DNA of 64,000 bases. Origin: Schmidtea polychroa (taxonomy: Eukaryota). The DNA is taken from NCBI GenBank assembly GCA_044892525.1, contig CM097885.1, positions 39,494,001 through 39,558,000 of the forward strand, given 5' to 3'. Numbering within the stretch: position 1 is the stretch's first letter; each line of letters begins with the position of its first letter. The position numbers were made by a program, and so were the translations under genes. Of this stretch, positions 24,481 to 35,893 are shown one piece after another. The notes beneath the pieces are model-generated. The model saw only the letters and a list, made by a program, of their open reading frames with translations. It was not told the DNA's origin and did no database searches.

Positions 24481-27400
24481 TGGCTGGATTTGATTTCGAA
24501 GCACTATGCTATGTAGTGGGGACTTTCGCTTTTTGTTTTCTGTTTTGTCGAATCCTTGATCTTCACCGCGACATTGGTCATCTTCGTCTTCTTCCAACTC
24601 CTCATCATCATCCGTTGTTTCTCCGCCCTCCGGATTCTGTTCTCTGTCGTTTTCCTCTGGGTTGTTATCGTTATCCCGCATCCTTTCGTCGTCGTCGTCA
24701 TCGTCATTCCTCTCACCCGGGGTTTTCCCAAAAATGTCGTCCTCGACATTTGTCGCTTTGATCATCTCTTTGTATTTTTTAATTATCTCTTTTTTATCGT
24801 TGTGGATACTTTCTCGTTCTTCTTTGGTTCCTTGATATTTCCGTTGTTTCCGGTGCCATTCCCACACTAGTATTTCTAGTTGCTTTGTCATCGAATGTGC
24901 TTTTGTGCTTTTCCACCAATTACCTGTCAATTCTGCTCTATTTCTTTGTAATATTGCTTTAATGGTTTTTGGCATTGGTGGTCTTGAGTATATGGCGCTT
25001 CTTAGTACGATATATTCGTTGTTCTGGAATTGATTTATATCAATTACTTCCGCTTTGAATTCGTTTTGTTTCCATTTGATTAACATTGCTGCGGTTCTGT
25101 CTAAGTTTCCTCTGATGGCTTCCAGAATTGGTTCAATGCTCTGTCCCAACACCTCGGCTTCTTCGGTTGTTGCGTTTCCCATGATAAAGCTTAGTATGCT
25201 AGGTCTTTTTGACCTGACGGCGTAGCGCAAGATGGTTCGTTGTTTGTTATCTTTTTCTTTCAAAGTAGATCCCGTTCTCAATAATTCTCTGAGTACTTCT
25301 CTTGACGCGCCTTTTGCTATGGCTTTCATCAGTGGAGTTTTCCCTTTACTATTTTTAACGTTTGTCGATTGTTTGCAGTTTTCCATTATTCGTATAATCT
25401 CTAATGCTCGTTTTTCCTGTCCTGCTTTGACTGCATGATGGATTGGCCAGTTATTACTCAAATCACTTGTGAGGAACATGATTGGTAATCTCCGGATTAG
25501 TTCATATATTTGGACTGGTACTTGTAATCCCTCAGCATACCTTCGTCCTTTTGCATATCTTTCTGCTACTATCATTAGTTTGCCTAATACTTGGTATTTG
25601 TTGGTTATATCAGCCCATTCTGGTACAATTTCTCGTGCTATTTTTACTGTCATATTCCATGTCGCTTGACTCCTTGCCATTGCGTCAGCTTCGCATTCTG
25701 CTCCGGTTCCGTTATTGGCGCTGCTGCTTGTTTCTCCCCTCAACATGAATATCCGTCTTGTCTGTGATCTAGTTAATCTACCGCTTACTTCTGGTTCTGT
25801 TGTGGCATTTGTTTGTGATCTCGTGATTATCTTCCTTGTTTCTTGGTCTTTAGTGGCAGTTTTAGCTACTGCTTTACATCGACATGTATTCACGTATATG
25901 GGTCTAATTAGTGGATTGTTAACCAACTTTACTCGAGCGTTGTTCTCGTTTACATAGATGATTTCATATGGTCCTCTGCCATTAATTTGTAATTTCTTTG
26001 CTGTTCCTGGGATTAACTCGGGTGTTTCTATAATAACCCAATCTCCGACTTTAAATTGATGGTTTTGCACGTTCTTCTTTTTATCATGTAATTCTTTATA
26101 ACTTTCCTGGTTGAATCGGATGTTCATTCCTGCGGTTTTCCATATTTCTTGCATTCTCTCTTTGAACTTTGTCACATAATCATCTATCTCCATATATTGT
26201 GAGATGGGCGGTTGGTACATGAGATCCATCGGCATGTTGCATTCCCTTCCGTACATGAGTTTAAACGGACTCATTTTCGTTGCTGAGTGTATTGACATTC
26301 GGTAAGCCATTAGACACAACTTAATATATTCATCCCAATCCTTTTGATGTTTACTTACATAATTTGACATCATGTCTATTAGTATGCCGTTAAATCTTTC
26401 TCTCTGACCATTCGTTTGCGGGTGGTACGGCGAGGTTCTCAATTTGGCAATTCTGAAATAGTTTGTCACTTCATTTATTATCTCGCTCATGAAATTAGTT
26501 CCTTGGTCCGTTAAGATTTGTTTTGGTGTTCCATATCTGCAGCAGATCTCTTCCACTAATATCCTTGCAACGGTTCGTGCTTTTTGGTCCGGCATCGCAA
26601 ATGCTTCAGGGAACTTGGTCAGATAATCAGTTATTACCAATATATACACATTTCCACTGTTAGTCTCTGGTAGTGGTCCAACTACATCCATTGCAATCAT
26701 TGTCATTGGTTCTGGCGGTATCGGCATTGGTTTCAAGGGCGGTTTTAATTTGCTGCCTGTTGTTTTCCTAGTTGCGCATATCAAACAGTTCTTTATCCAT
26801 TCCTTCACGTCATCGCTCATATTTGGCCAGTAATATTTCTGTTTAAGCCTGGCTTCTGTTTTCTTGGCTGACATATGTCCGCCCAATTTACCGTCATGGT
26901 ATTGAATCATTATTTCTTTTCGTCTACTTTCTGGTAAGCACATCAATCGTTTGTCGCCATCCATTACCAATAGCCATCCTTTCTCAATCGTATATCTGTG
27001 ACGATTTTTCTCCATGTGTTCTTTTAATCGATCATCGTTGTTGAATATTTTCATATCGTTTTTATCCAGGAACTCGATTATTAGTTTCAATTCGCTGTCT
27101 TCCTTTTGTTCGTTCTTTAGATTGGTAAAATCGATATCTTCTGCGATTATCATGCATATTCGCCTGACGTCATGATCCATGAGTTCTTCGAACACAAATC
27201 TCGACAAGCAATCCGCATTTGCGTTTGCTTTTCCTGACTTGAATTTAATGTATGGTGAATATTCTTGTAATTGCATTGCCCATCTCATTAATCGGCTGGA
27301 TGCTTCTTTGTGTTGGCCCAACCACACTAGAGGTTGATGGTCCGTAGTAATAATTATCTCGTGTCCCCATAATAAATATTTGAAATGTTTTATCGCCTGA

Positions 27401-27783
27401 ATTATTGCTAAGGCTTCTCTTTCTGTGACTGAATAATTCTTTTCGTGCTTTTTGAACGTCTTGCTATAATATCCGATGACTCTTTTTCGTTTCTCCTCAT
27501 CCCATTGTCCTAGCACAGCTCCTGATGCATATTCACTTGCATCGGTTGCTAATAGAAAAGGCTTTTTGAAATCTGGGTGTATTAAAATGGGTGAGGCTAT
27601 TAATTTATCTCTTAATGATTCGAATGCCATTTGCTGCTCTCTTTCCCACAGAAATGGAGTGTCTTTTTTCGTTAGTTCCTGAATTGGTTTTGCTATAGTT
27701 GCATAATTTTTGATGAACTTGCGGTAGTATCCGCACAATCCCAGAAATTCCTGCACTTGAGTCAGGGTCTTTGGATCGGACAA
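24124..27783 (-). CDS. Pol C-terminal part: RT connection - RNaseH - integrase - ankyrin repeats - acidic region (downstream copy)
   Basis: QEFLGLCGYYRKFI; LATDASEYASGAVLGQ; H..KLGGH...WIKNCLICA; IAMDVVGPLP; ILTDQGTNF; SPYHPQTNGQRERFN; GRGPYEII. Ankyrin repeats WPIHHAVKAG, KGKTPLMKAIAKG and KQRTILRYAVRSK. Confidence 0.95.
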   Translation of the reverse strand: MSDPKTLTQVQEFLGLCGYYRKFIKNYATIAKPIQELTKKDTPFLWEREQQMAFESLRDKLIASPILIHPDFKKPFLLATDASEYASGAVLGQWDEEKRKRVIGYYSKTFKKHEKNYSVTEREALAIIQAIKHFKYLLWGHEIIITTDHQPLVWLGQHKEASSRLMRWAMQLQEYSPYIKFKSGKANANADCLSRFVFEELMDHDVRRICMIIAEDIDFTNLKNEQKEDSELKLIIEFLDKNDMKIFNNDDRLKEHMEKNRHRYTIEKGWLLVMDGDKRLMCLPESRRKEIMIQYHDGKLGGHMSAKKTEARLKQKYYWPNMSDDVKEWIKNCLICATRKTTGSKLKPPLKPMPIPPEPMTMIAMDVVGPLPETNSGNVYILVITDYLTKFPEAFAMPDQKARTVARILVEEICCRYGTPKQILTDQGTNFMSEIINEVTNYFRIAKLRTSPYHPQTNGQRERFNGILIDMMSNYVSKHQKDWDEYIKLCLMAYRMSIHSATKMSPFKLMYGRECNMPMDLMYQPPISQYMEIDDYVTKFKERMQEIWKTAGMNIRFNQESYKELHDKKKNVQNHQFKVGDWVIIETPELIPGTAKKLQINGRGPYEIIYVNENNARVKLVNNPLIRPIYVNTCRCKAVAKTATKDQETRKIITRSQTNATTEPEVSGRLTRSQTRRIFMLRGETSSSANNGTGAECEADAMARSQATWNMTVKIAREIVPEWADITNKYQVLGKLMIVAERYAKGRRYAEGLQVPVQIYELIRRLPIMFLTSDLSNNWPIHHAVKAGQEKRALEIIRIMENCKQSTNVKNSKGKTPLMKAIAKGASREVLRELLRTGSTLKEKDNKQRTILRYAVRSKRPSILSFIMGNATTEEAEVLGQSIEPILEAIRGNLDRTAAMLIKWKQNEFKAEVIDINQFQNNEYIVLRSAIYSRPPMPKTIKAILQRNRAELTGNWWKSTKAHSMTKQLEILVWEWHRKQRKYQGTKEERESIHNDKKEIIKKYKEMIKATNVEDDIFGKTPGERNDDDDDDERMRDNDNNPEENDREQNPEGGETTDDDEELEEDEDDQCRGEDQGFDKTENKKRKSPLHSIVLRNQIQPILLQRIFIILTSFCLTETKHTRIVREAFQEGEVFVIKVSDYDGNAVGICAQLMEGTGVSCDFRSITKGKIFSSQKRDPRLCGDYDICRDITTEEMELERANETGVHFQLNILEEGIEI

Positions 27784-28763
27784 TTTTTTATCTTTTCAAC
27801 ATTTCTCGGGTCTGGTTCCTTTCCCTTTGCCGACACAATATGTCCTAAAAACGTGACTCTCTCTTTTGCCCAATCGCATTTTGACGGCTTCAATTTCAGC
27901 TTCCATTGTTTCAGTCTCACAAATACGTTCCTGATGTCGATTAAGTGTTGCTCGAAGGTACCTGAATATATCAACAGATCATCAATATACACAATACATT
28001 GTTTAATTCCGTGTGTCACAAAGTTCATACATCTTTTAAACGAAGCAGGTGCATTTGTTAATCCGAATGGCATCTTTTTAAACTGATATAAATCTTTTCC
28101 GATGGTAAAGGCTGTCTTTTCTCTATCTTCCTCTTTAACTTTAATTTGCCAGTATCCACTCTTTAGATCTAACGATGTAAAGTATGCTGCTCCATGCAAC
28201 ATCTGTAACATTTCGTTTATGTCTGGCAGTGGATATGTATCCCTTTTCGTTACTGCATTCAACCTCCGATAATCAATACAAAATCTCTGTGTGCCGTCTT
28301 TCTTTTTGACCATTACTACTGGGAATTGCCATGGTGAACAGCTAGGTTCTATTACTCCGGCATCTAACATCTTTTGTACTTCTTCCTCTGCTACCGTTTT
28401 TTGTGCTTCGGCTAATCGATATGGTCTCAAAGTTATGGGTGTCTCATCTGTTAATGGTATGATGTGTTGAGTTACATCGCTAGTACCCAAATCCAAATCT
28501 GAAGCCGCAAAAATATCTTTAAACTCAATCAGTAGTTGTCTGAGTTGTTCCTTTTCGTCTTCATTTAGGAGTTCGCTATCGATGGTCCATAATTCTTTTT
28601 CATCTGCTCCCTCGCTTTTTATCTCCGGCAGCTCAATGTTCATCATTGGTGTGAGTTTTCCAAGTCTCTCGTTTTCGTAGATTACTTTATCTTCCTCATC
28701 AAAATTGGTGATGTTGATGGGTATCTCGTTATCCTCATTTATACTGACAATTTCTCTTGCCAA
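27762..28763 (-). CDS. Reverse transcriptase (downstream copy)
   Basis: LRPYRLA, IEPSCSPWQFPVVMVKKKDGTQRFCIDYRRLN, FTSLDLKSGYWQI, MPFGLTNAPASF, VYIDDLLIYS. A 1-nt frameshift to RNaseH lies near 27780 (expected CPxPKTLTQ). Confidence 0.97.
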   Translation of the reverse strand: MAREIVSINEDNEIPINITNFDEEDKVIYENERLGKLTPMMNIELPEIKSEGADEKELWTIDSELLNEDEKEQLRQLLIEFKDIFAASDLDLGTSDVTQHIIPLTDETPITLRPYRLAEAQKTVAEEEVQKMLDAGVIEPSCSPWQFPVVMVKKKDGTQRFCIDYRRLNAVTKRDTYPLPDINEMLQMLHGAAYFTSLDLKSGYWQIKVKEEDREKTAFTIGKDLYQFKKMPFGLTNAPASFKRCMNFVTHGIKQCIVYIDDLLIYSGTFEQHLIDIRNVFVRLKQWKLKLKPSKCDWAKERVTFLGHIVSAKGKEPDPRNVEKIKNCPIQRP

Positions 28764-28790
28764 TGGCAGCTCCCTTCTCTTCTCGAATTT

Positions 28791-30209
28791 TTAACTTGGT
28801 TCAAATATCATATCTCCTTTGGCTTCGTTATCGACCTTGACATAACATATTGTCTGGGTACGTGCTGGTATTATCATTTTTTCGGAGCATCTCACTTCTG
28901 TTCTCATTGTGCATATCTGTCCAGTTTTATATTTTAATTTCATGGAACTCAAATCAATCACAATTTCTTTCAATAACTCCGGCATTACATCTGTTCCAAT
29001 TATACATGATACACTTAATTGTCTAATGACTGCGAGGTACGTCGTAACTTTAACTCCTTTATATTCGATCGTTGAACATACTCTTCCTACCACCGCTATG
29101 GATTGTTTGCTGCATGTTATTACATCCATGGTTGTCTCCTCAATGAATGGCCATAGTCTACCTGGGAGCATATTCATATTTATTGCTGAGATATTTGCTC
29201 CGGTATCGATCATTGCATCCATCTCTATTCCGTTTACTTCAACCGTGATGGTTAAGGATGGTCCGGCTGGTGTGTGTAATACCGCAATCGTTCGTGTCTC
29301 AACTTCTTGTTCTACACTTTTAGTCTGTTTGATCATCGTTGGATCCATTGCTGCCCAATTTGGTTCATAAGCTGTTGGATAAATGTTCGGTATGGGTAAT
29401 CTTCCGGTTCCCATTCTTATCCGTTCTCTCATTGTTCCTGGTCGTCGCATTGGTCCATTAGTTGGGGCCTGTAAATATGGTAATCCCCATGGTTTCATTT
29501 TTTCGTTTTCCCAAGTGGCTGTGTTTTTGTTTATCAACATTGCTCCTCCTTGGTTATTATCATCGTCGTCAAAATCATCATTGTCATCACTATCATCGTC
29601 TCGTCTGAGGTTCATCCACTTTTTCCACTTCCCGGTTCTTTTCGCTTTCTCTTGAGTTCTTTCTGCTTCTAATCTCATTATCACTTTGAACTTACGTCCG
29701 ACTTCTTCGTCTGTCCCTTTCATTTGCGTTAATATTTTCAACAATCTTTTTATTCGATAGATATCCTTTGAGTGTCCATGCAACACCATTGTTTTCGCTA
29801 AGAACGGTAAGAATCCAATTGCCAGTTTCCAATTTACTTTTCTCTCGCGCTTATAGATGTCAAAGCATGCTAGCATCTGGGTTAGTATCACTCTGACTAT
29901 TTGTATTATCAGAATAATTCCGAGTATCCCTGCCATCATTTGGCCAAATACTAAAAATCTACCCCACATAGCCTTCATCATGTTTGCTGTTGCCTGTTGA
30001 TAGTGACTTGGTGATAATAATAGCTCGTAGTTCGGGCTCTCCCCATAATTATTTCCTCCAGAAATAGTCACTATATTTGATAAAATCGCTTGTCTTTGTG
30101 CTGGGAATAACATATGGGCTCTTGCTGATTCGAGATCTTTTGGTGTATATAATCCACTCTGTGATACATCTATCGGCTTGAACTCTAATTCTGTTGTTAG
30201 TTCCGTCAA
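28791..30209 (-). CDS. Glycoprotein C-terminus/TM fused in frame to aspartic protease (duplicated copy)
   Basis: Same peptide as aa 300-771 of ORF 33557-35872. AMIDTGANIS at 29199-29207, CIIGTDV. Same frame as RT, separated only by a TAA (FEPS*KFEKRRELPLAREIV). Confidence 0.92.
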   Translation of the reverse strand: MTELTTELEFKPIDVSQSGLYTPKDLESARAHMLFPAQRQAILSNIVTISGGNNYGESPNYELLLSPSHYQQATANMMKAMWGRFLVFGQMMAGILGIILIIQIVRVILTQMLACFDIYKRERKVNWKLAIGFLPFLAKTMVLHGHSKDIYRIKRLLKILTQMKGTDEEVGRKFKVIMRLEAERTQEKAKRTGKWKKWMNLRRDDDSDDNDDFDDDDNNQGGAMLINKNTATWENEKMKPWGLPYLQAPTNGPMRRPGTMRERIRMGTGRLPIPNIYPTAYEPNWAAMDPTMIKQTKSVEQEVETRTIAVLHTPAGPSLTITVEVNGIEMDAMIDTGANISAINMNMLPGRLWPFIEETTMDVITCSKQSIAVVGRVCSTIEYKGVKVTTYLAVIRQLSVSCIIGTDVMPELLKEIVIDLSSMKLKYKTGQICTMRTEVRCSEKMIIPARTQTICYVKVDNEAKGDMIFEPS

Positions 30210-30279
30210 TCCGATGATGGATTGTCCAGTTATTACTCAAATCACTTGTGAGGAACATGATTGGTAATCTCCGGATTAG

Positions 30280-32562
30280 TTAATATATTTGGACTGGTAC
30301 TTGTAATCCCTCAGCATACCTTCGTCCTTTTGCATATCTTTCTGCTACTATCATTAGTTTGCCTAATACTTGGTATTTGTTGGTTATATCAGCCCATTCT
30401 GGTACAATATCTCGTGCTATTTTTACTGTCATATTCCATGTCGCTTGACTCCTTGCCATTGCGTCAGCTTCGCATTCTGCTCCGGTTCCGTTATTGGCGC
30501 TGCTGCTTGTTTCTCCCCTCAACATGAATATCCGTCTTGTCTGTGATCTAGTTAATCTACCGCTTACTTCTGGTTCTGTTGTGGCATTTGTTTGTGATCT
30601 CGTGATTATCTTCCTTGTTTCTTGGTCTTTAGTGGCAGTTTTAGCTACTGCTTTACATCGACATGTATTCACGTATATGGGTCTAATTAGTGGATTGTTA
30701 ACCAACTTTACTCGAGCGTTGTTCTCGTTTACATAGATGATTTCATATGGTCCTCTGCCATTAATTTGTAATTTCTTTGCTGTTCCTGGGATTAACTCGG
30801 GTGTTTCTATAATAACCCAATCTCCGACTTTAAATTGATGGTTTTGCACGTTCTTCTTTTTATCATGTAATTCTTTATAACTTTCCTGGTTGAATCGGAT
30901 GTTCATTCCTGCGGTTTTCCATATTTCTTGCATTCTCTCTTTGAACTTTGTCACATAATCATCTATCTCCATATATTGTGAGATGGGCGGTTGGTACATG
31001 AGATCCATCGGCATGTTGCATTCCCTTCCGTACATGAGTTTAAACGGACTCATTTTCGTTGCTGAGTGTATTGACATTCGGTAAGCCATTAGACACAACT
31101 TAATATATTCATCCCAATCCTTTTGATGTTTACTTACATAATTTGACATCATGTCTATTAGTATGCCGTTAAATCTTTCTCTCTGACCATTCGTTTTTGG
31201 GTGGTACGGCGAGGTTCTCAATTTGGCAATTCTGAAATAGTTTGTCACTTCATTTATTATCTCGCTCATGAAATTAGTTCCTTGGTCCGTTAAGATTTGT
31301 TTTGGTGTTCCATATCTGCAGCAGATCTCTTCCACTAATATCCTTGCAACGGTTCGTGCTTTTTGGTCCGGCATCGCAAATGCTTCAGGGAACTTGGTCA
31401 GATAATCAGTTATTACCAATATATACACATTTCCACTGTTAGTCTCTGGTAGTGGTCCAACTACATCCATTGCAATCATTGTCATTGGTTCTGGCGGTAT
31501 CGGCATTGGTTTCAAGGGCGGTTTTAATTTGCTGCCTGTTGTTTTCCTAGTTGCGCATATCAAACAGTTCTTTATCCATTCCTTCACGTCATCGCTCATA
31601 TTTGGCCAGTAATATTTCTGTTTAAGCCTGGCTTCTGTTTTCTTGGCTGACATATGTCCGCCCAATTTACCGTCATGGTATTGAATCATTATTTCTTTTC
31701 GTCTACTTTCTGGTAAGCACATCAATCGTTTGTCGCCATCCATTACCAATAGCCATCCTTTCTCAATCGTATATCTGTGACGATTTTTCTCCATGTGTTC
31801 TTTTAATCGATCATCGTTGTTGAATATTTTCATATCGTTTTTATCCAGGAACTCGATTATTAGTTTCAATTCGCTGTCTTCCTTTTGTTCGTTCTTTAGA
31901 TTGGTAAAATCGATATCTTCTGCGATTATCATGCATATTCGCCTGACGTCATGATCCATGAGTTCTTCGAACACAAATCTCGACAAGCAATCCGCATTTG
32001 CGTTTGCTTTTCCTGACTTGAATTTAATGTATGGTGAATATTCTTGTAATTGCATTGCCCATCTCATTAATCGGCTGGATGCTTCTTTGTGTTGGCCCAA
32101 CCACACTAGAGGTTGATGGTCCGTAGTAATAATTATCTCGTGTCCCCATAATAAATATTTGAAATGTTTTATCGCCTGAATTATTGCTAAGGCTTCTCTT
32201 TCTGTGACTGAATAATTCTTTTCGTGCTTTTTGAACGTCTTGCTATAATATCCGATGACTCTTTTTCGTTTCTCCTCATCCCATTGTCCTAGCACAGCTC
32301 CTGATGCATATCCACTTGCATCGGTTGCTAATAGAAAAGGCTTTTTGAAATCTGGGTGTATTAAAATGGGTGAGGCTATTAATTTATCTCTTAATGATTC
32401 GAATGCCATTTGCTGCTCTCTTTCCCACAGAAATGGAGTGTCTTTTTTCGTTAGTTCCTGAATTGGTTTTGCTATAGTTGCATAATTTTTGATGAACTTG
32501 CGGTAGTATCCGCACAATCCCAGAAATTCCTGCACTTGAGTCAGGGTCTTTGGATCGGACAA
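30280..32562 (-). pseudogene. RNaseH-integrase, upstream duplicate, with a premature stop before the ankyrin region
   Basis: Near-identical to 24124-27783 but GAA>TAA at QIY*. Substitutions ASGYASG and HPKTNG. Confidence 0.93.
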
Positions 32563-32627
32563 TTCTTTATCTTTTCAACATTTCTCGGGTCTGGTTCCTT
32601 TCCCTTTGCCGACACAATATGTCCTAA

Positions 32628-33542
32628 TTACGTGACTCTCTCTTTTGCCCAATCGCATTTTGACGGCTTCAATTTCAGCTTCCATTGTTTCAGTCTCACA
32701 AATACGTTCCTGATGTCGATTAAGTGTTGCTCGAAGGTACCTGAATATATCAACAGATCATCAATATACACCATACATTGTTTAATTCCGTGTGTCACAA
32801 AGTTCATACATCTTTGAAACGAAGCAGGTGCGTTTGTTAATCCGAATGGCATCTTTTTAAACTGATATAAATCTTTTCCGATGGTAAAGGCTGTCTTTTC
32901 TCTATCTTCCTCTTTAACTTTAATTTGCCAGTATCCACTCTTTAGATCTAACGATGTAAAGTATGCTGCTCCATGCAACATCTGTAACATTTCGTTTATG
33001 TCTGGCAGTGGATATGTATCCCTTTTCGTTACTGCATTCAACCTCCGATAATCAATACAAAATCTCTGTGTGCCGTCTTTCTTTTTGACCATTACTACTG
33101 GGAATTGCCATGGTGAACAGCTAGGTTCTATTACTCCGGCATCTAACATCTTTTGTACTTCTTCCTCTGCTACCGTTTTTTGTGCTTCGGCTAATCGATA
33201 TGGTCTCAAAGTTATGGGTGTCTCATCTGTTAATGGTATGATGTGTTGAGTTACATCGCTAGTACCCAAATCCAAATCTGAAGCCGCAAAAATATCTTTA
33301 AACTCAATCAGTAGTTGTCTGAGTTGTTCCTTTTCGTCTTCATTTAGGAGTTCGCTATCGATGGTCCATAATTCTTTTTCGTCTGCACCCTCGCTTTTTA
33401 TCTCCGGCAGCTCAATGTTCATCATTGGTGTGAGTTTTCCAAGTCTCTCGTTTTCGTAGATTACTTTATCTTCCTCATCAAAATTGGTGATGTTGATGGG
33501 TATCTCGTTATCCTCATTTATACTGACAATTTCTCTTGCCAA
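32628..33542 (-). pseudogene. Reverse transcriptase, upstream duplicate
   Basis: Same RT with TTT>TAA at ERVT* and a 13-bp deletion (GAAGGGAGCTGCC) between PR and RT. Confidence 0.93.
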
Positions 33543-33556
33543 TTCTTCTCGAATTT

Positions 33557-35872
33557 TTAACTTGGTTCAAATATCATATCTCCTTTGGCTTCGTTATCGA
33601 CCTTGACATAACATATTGTCTGGGTACGTGCTGGTATTATCATTTTTTCGGAGCATCTCACTTCTGTTCTCATTGTGCATATCTGTCCAGTTTTATATTT
33701 TAATTTCATGGAACTCAAATCAATCACAATTTCTTTCAATAACTCCGGCATTACATCTGTTCCAATTATACATGATACACTTAATTGTCTAATGACTGCG
33801 AGGTACGTCGTAACTTTAACTCCTTTATATTCGATCGTTGAACATACTCTTCCTACCACCGCTATGGATTGTTTGCTGCATGTTATTACATCCATGGTTG
33901 TCTCCTCAATGAATGGCCATAGTCTACCTGGGAGCATATTCATATTTATTGCTGAGATATTTGCTCCGGTATCGATCATTGCATCCATCTCTATTCCGTT
34001 TACTTCAACCGTGATGGTTAAGGATGGTCCGGCTGGTGTGTGTAATACCGCAATCGTTCGTGTCTCAACTTCTTGTTCTACACTTTTAGTCTGTTTGATC
34101 ATCGTTGGATCCATTGCTGCCCAATTTGGTTCATAAGCTGTTGGATAAATGTTCGGTATGGGTAATCTTCCGGTTCCCATTCTTATCCGTTCTCTCATTG
34201 TTCCTGGTCGTCGCATTGGTCCATTAGTTGGGGCCTGTAAATATGGTAATCCCCATGGTTTCATTTTTTCGTTTTCCCAAGTGGCTGTGTTTTTGTTTAT
34301 CAACATTGCTCCTCCTTGGTTATTATCATCGTCGTCAAAATCATCATTGTCATCACTATCATCGTCTCGTCTGAGGTTCATCCACTTTTTCCACTTCCCG
34401 GTTCTTTTCGCTTTCTCTTGAGTTCTTTCTGCTTCTAATCTCATTATCACTTTGAACTTACGTCCGACTTCTTCGTCTGTCCCTTTCATTTGCGTTAATA
34501 TTTTCAACAATCTTTTTATTCGATAGATATCCTTTGAGTGTCCATGCAACACCATTGTTTTCGCTAAGAACGGTAAGAATCCAATTGCCAGTTTCCAATT
34601 TACTTTTCTCTCGCGCTTATAGATGTCAAAGCATGCTAGCATCTGGGTTAGTATCACTCTGACTATTTGTATTATCAGAATAATTCCGAGTATCCCTGCC
34701 ATCATTTGGCCAAATACTAAAAATCTACCCCACATAGCCTTCATCATGTTTGCTGTTGCCTGTTGATAGTGACTTGGTGATAATAATAGCTCGTAGTTCG
34801 GGCTCTCCCCATAATTATTTCCTCCAGAAATAGTCACTATATTTGATAAAATCGCTTGTCTTTGTGCTGGGAATAACATATGGGCTCTTGCTGATTCGAG
34901 ATCTTTTGGTGTATATAATCCACTCTGTGATACATCTATCGGCTTGAACTCTAATTCTGTTGTTAGTTCCGTCAATCCGAATTTTTTGGGTGTTGGTGCG
35001 ATTGTTTTACTTGGGAATTGAACCCATTGTCCATCCTCTTTTTCGTACATTGGTCCATATGCATTACTGCAATTAAACAGATTTGGTTGAAACCCTACCG
35101 GGTTCATTATCCTAGTGACTGCTTGCACAAATCTGGGTTTTCCTCCATGAATAATTTCGAATTCGTTTGCACACTTATCGCTTGGTATTATAGGGTTTCC
35201 TGGCAATCTTGCAATTATCTTTTTGCATTGATAGGTGTACATTACCTCGCCCACGATTCGTCCGAAATATCCTTCTTGCAGTGGTAGTAACGGGATTGCG
35301 TTATCTGGATTTGTAATTGCCATTGCTAATTTTGTTCTCAATATTTCTTTGTTGAGCAGGCAATCGTTTCTTAACAGATCGTGATAGACCTTTTCCGTAG
35401 ATGTTAATCCCCTGTGATATAAGAAATCCATCTTATTATTAGCATATAAATATAATTTGACATCTTTTTCGCTTAGTCTTCCAACTGCATTTGCTAGGGT
35501 TCTCCGCGACAAGTAGATCCCTTTATAATTGGTGCTGATCACCATCTCATCGCATTTACTCACCATTTTGTTCTTTATGAATCTCATTCCTATTCCATCG
35601 TCTTTGGAGATTATCGCTGTGGGTGTTACTTCCGATTCCAATTTCGATGTTAATACGTCTTCTCTGAATCCTTTCCTTGCTCTCAACTCTTCCATCGCTC
35701 GTTTTTCTGCTTCTCCTTTTGGTTCACTGTACACTTTCCCTTGGATTTCTTCGAATATTGCTGTTTTGAGTAACATTAGTCGACATACTTTCTGATCCGC
35801 ATGGTATACCAGAGTTGACATTCCGGTTGAACATGATCGATCTGATGCGAGACAGCTTGGGTATTTCTTCAT
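33557..35872 (-). CDS. Chuvirus-like envelope glycoprotein (C-terminal two thirds with TM) fused in frame to aspartic protease
   Basis: NKMDFLYHRG...VYHDLLRNDCLLNKEILRTKLAMA..NPD...EGYFGRIVGEVMYTYQC...KCANEF...SGLYTPKDLESARAHMLFPAQRQAILSNIV matches recalled chuviral G motifs. TM FLVFGQMMAGILGIILIIQIV. Then an acidic D-run and AMIDTGANIS at 33965-33973. Confidence 0.85.
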   Translation of the reverse strand: MKKYPSCLASDRSCSTGMSTLVYHADQKVCRLMLLKTAIFEEIQGKVYSEPKGEAEKRAMEELRARKGFREDVLTSKLESEVTPTAIISKDDGIGMRFIKNKMVSKCDEMVISTNYKGIYLSRRTLANAVGRLSEKDVKLYLYANNKMDFLYHRGLTSTEKVYHDLLRNDCLLNKEILRTKLAMAITNPDNAIPLLPLQEGYFGRIVGEVMYTYQCKKIIARLPGNPIIPSDKCANEFEIIHGGKPRFVQAVTRIMNPVGFQPNLFNCSNAYGPMYEKEDGQWVQFPSKTIAPTPKKFGLTELTTELEFKPIDVSQSGLYTPKDLESARAHMLFPAQRQAILSNIVTISGGNNYGESPNYELLLSPSHYQQATANMMKAMWGRFLVFGQMMAGILGIILIIQIVRVILTQMLACFDIYKRERKVNWKLAIGFLPFLAKTMVLHGHSKDIYRIKRLLKILTQMKGTDEEVGRKFKVIMRLEAERTQEKAKRTGKWKKWMNLRRDDDSDDNDDFDDDDNNQGGAMLINKNTATWENEKMKPWGLPYLQAPTNGPMRRPGTMRERIRMGTGRLPIPNIYPTAYEPNWAAMDPTMIKQTKSVEQEVETRTIAVLHTPAGPSLTITVEVNGIEMDAMIDTGANISAINMNMLPGRLWPFIEETTMDVITCSKQSIAVVGRVCSTIEYKGVKVTTYLAVIRQLSVSCIIGTDVMPELLKEIVIDLSSMKLKYKTGQICTMRTEVRCSEKMIIPARTQTICYVKVDNEAKGDMIFEPS

Positions 35873-35893
35873 TGCTTGCGTGTCAGGGTCGAA

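Larger units (their letters stand above)
25435..34980. repeat. Internal tandem duplication of ~4.77 kb (env 3' part - PR - RT - RH - INT - start of ankyrin)
   Basis: 25435-30214 matches 30214-34980 (offset 4779, or 4766 beyond a 13-bp deletion). The junction GTCAATCCGA|TGATGGATT at 30214 joins env sequence to ankyrin sequence with about 1 bp of homology. Confidence 0.97.
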
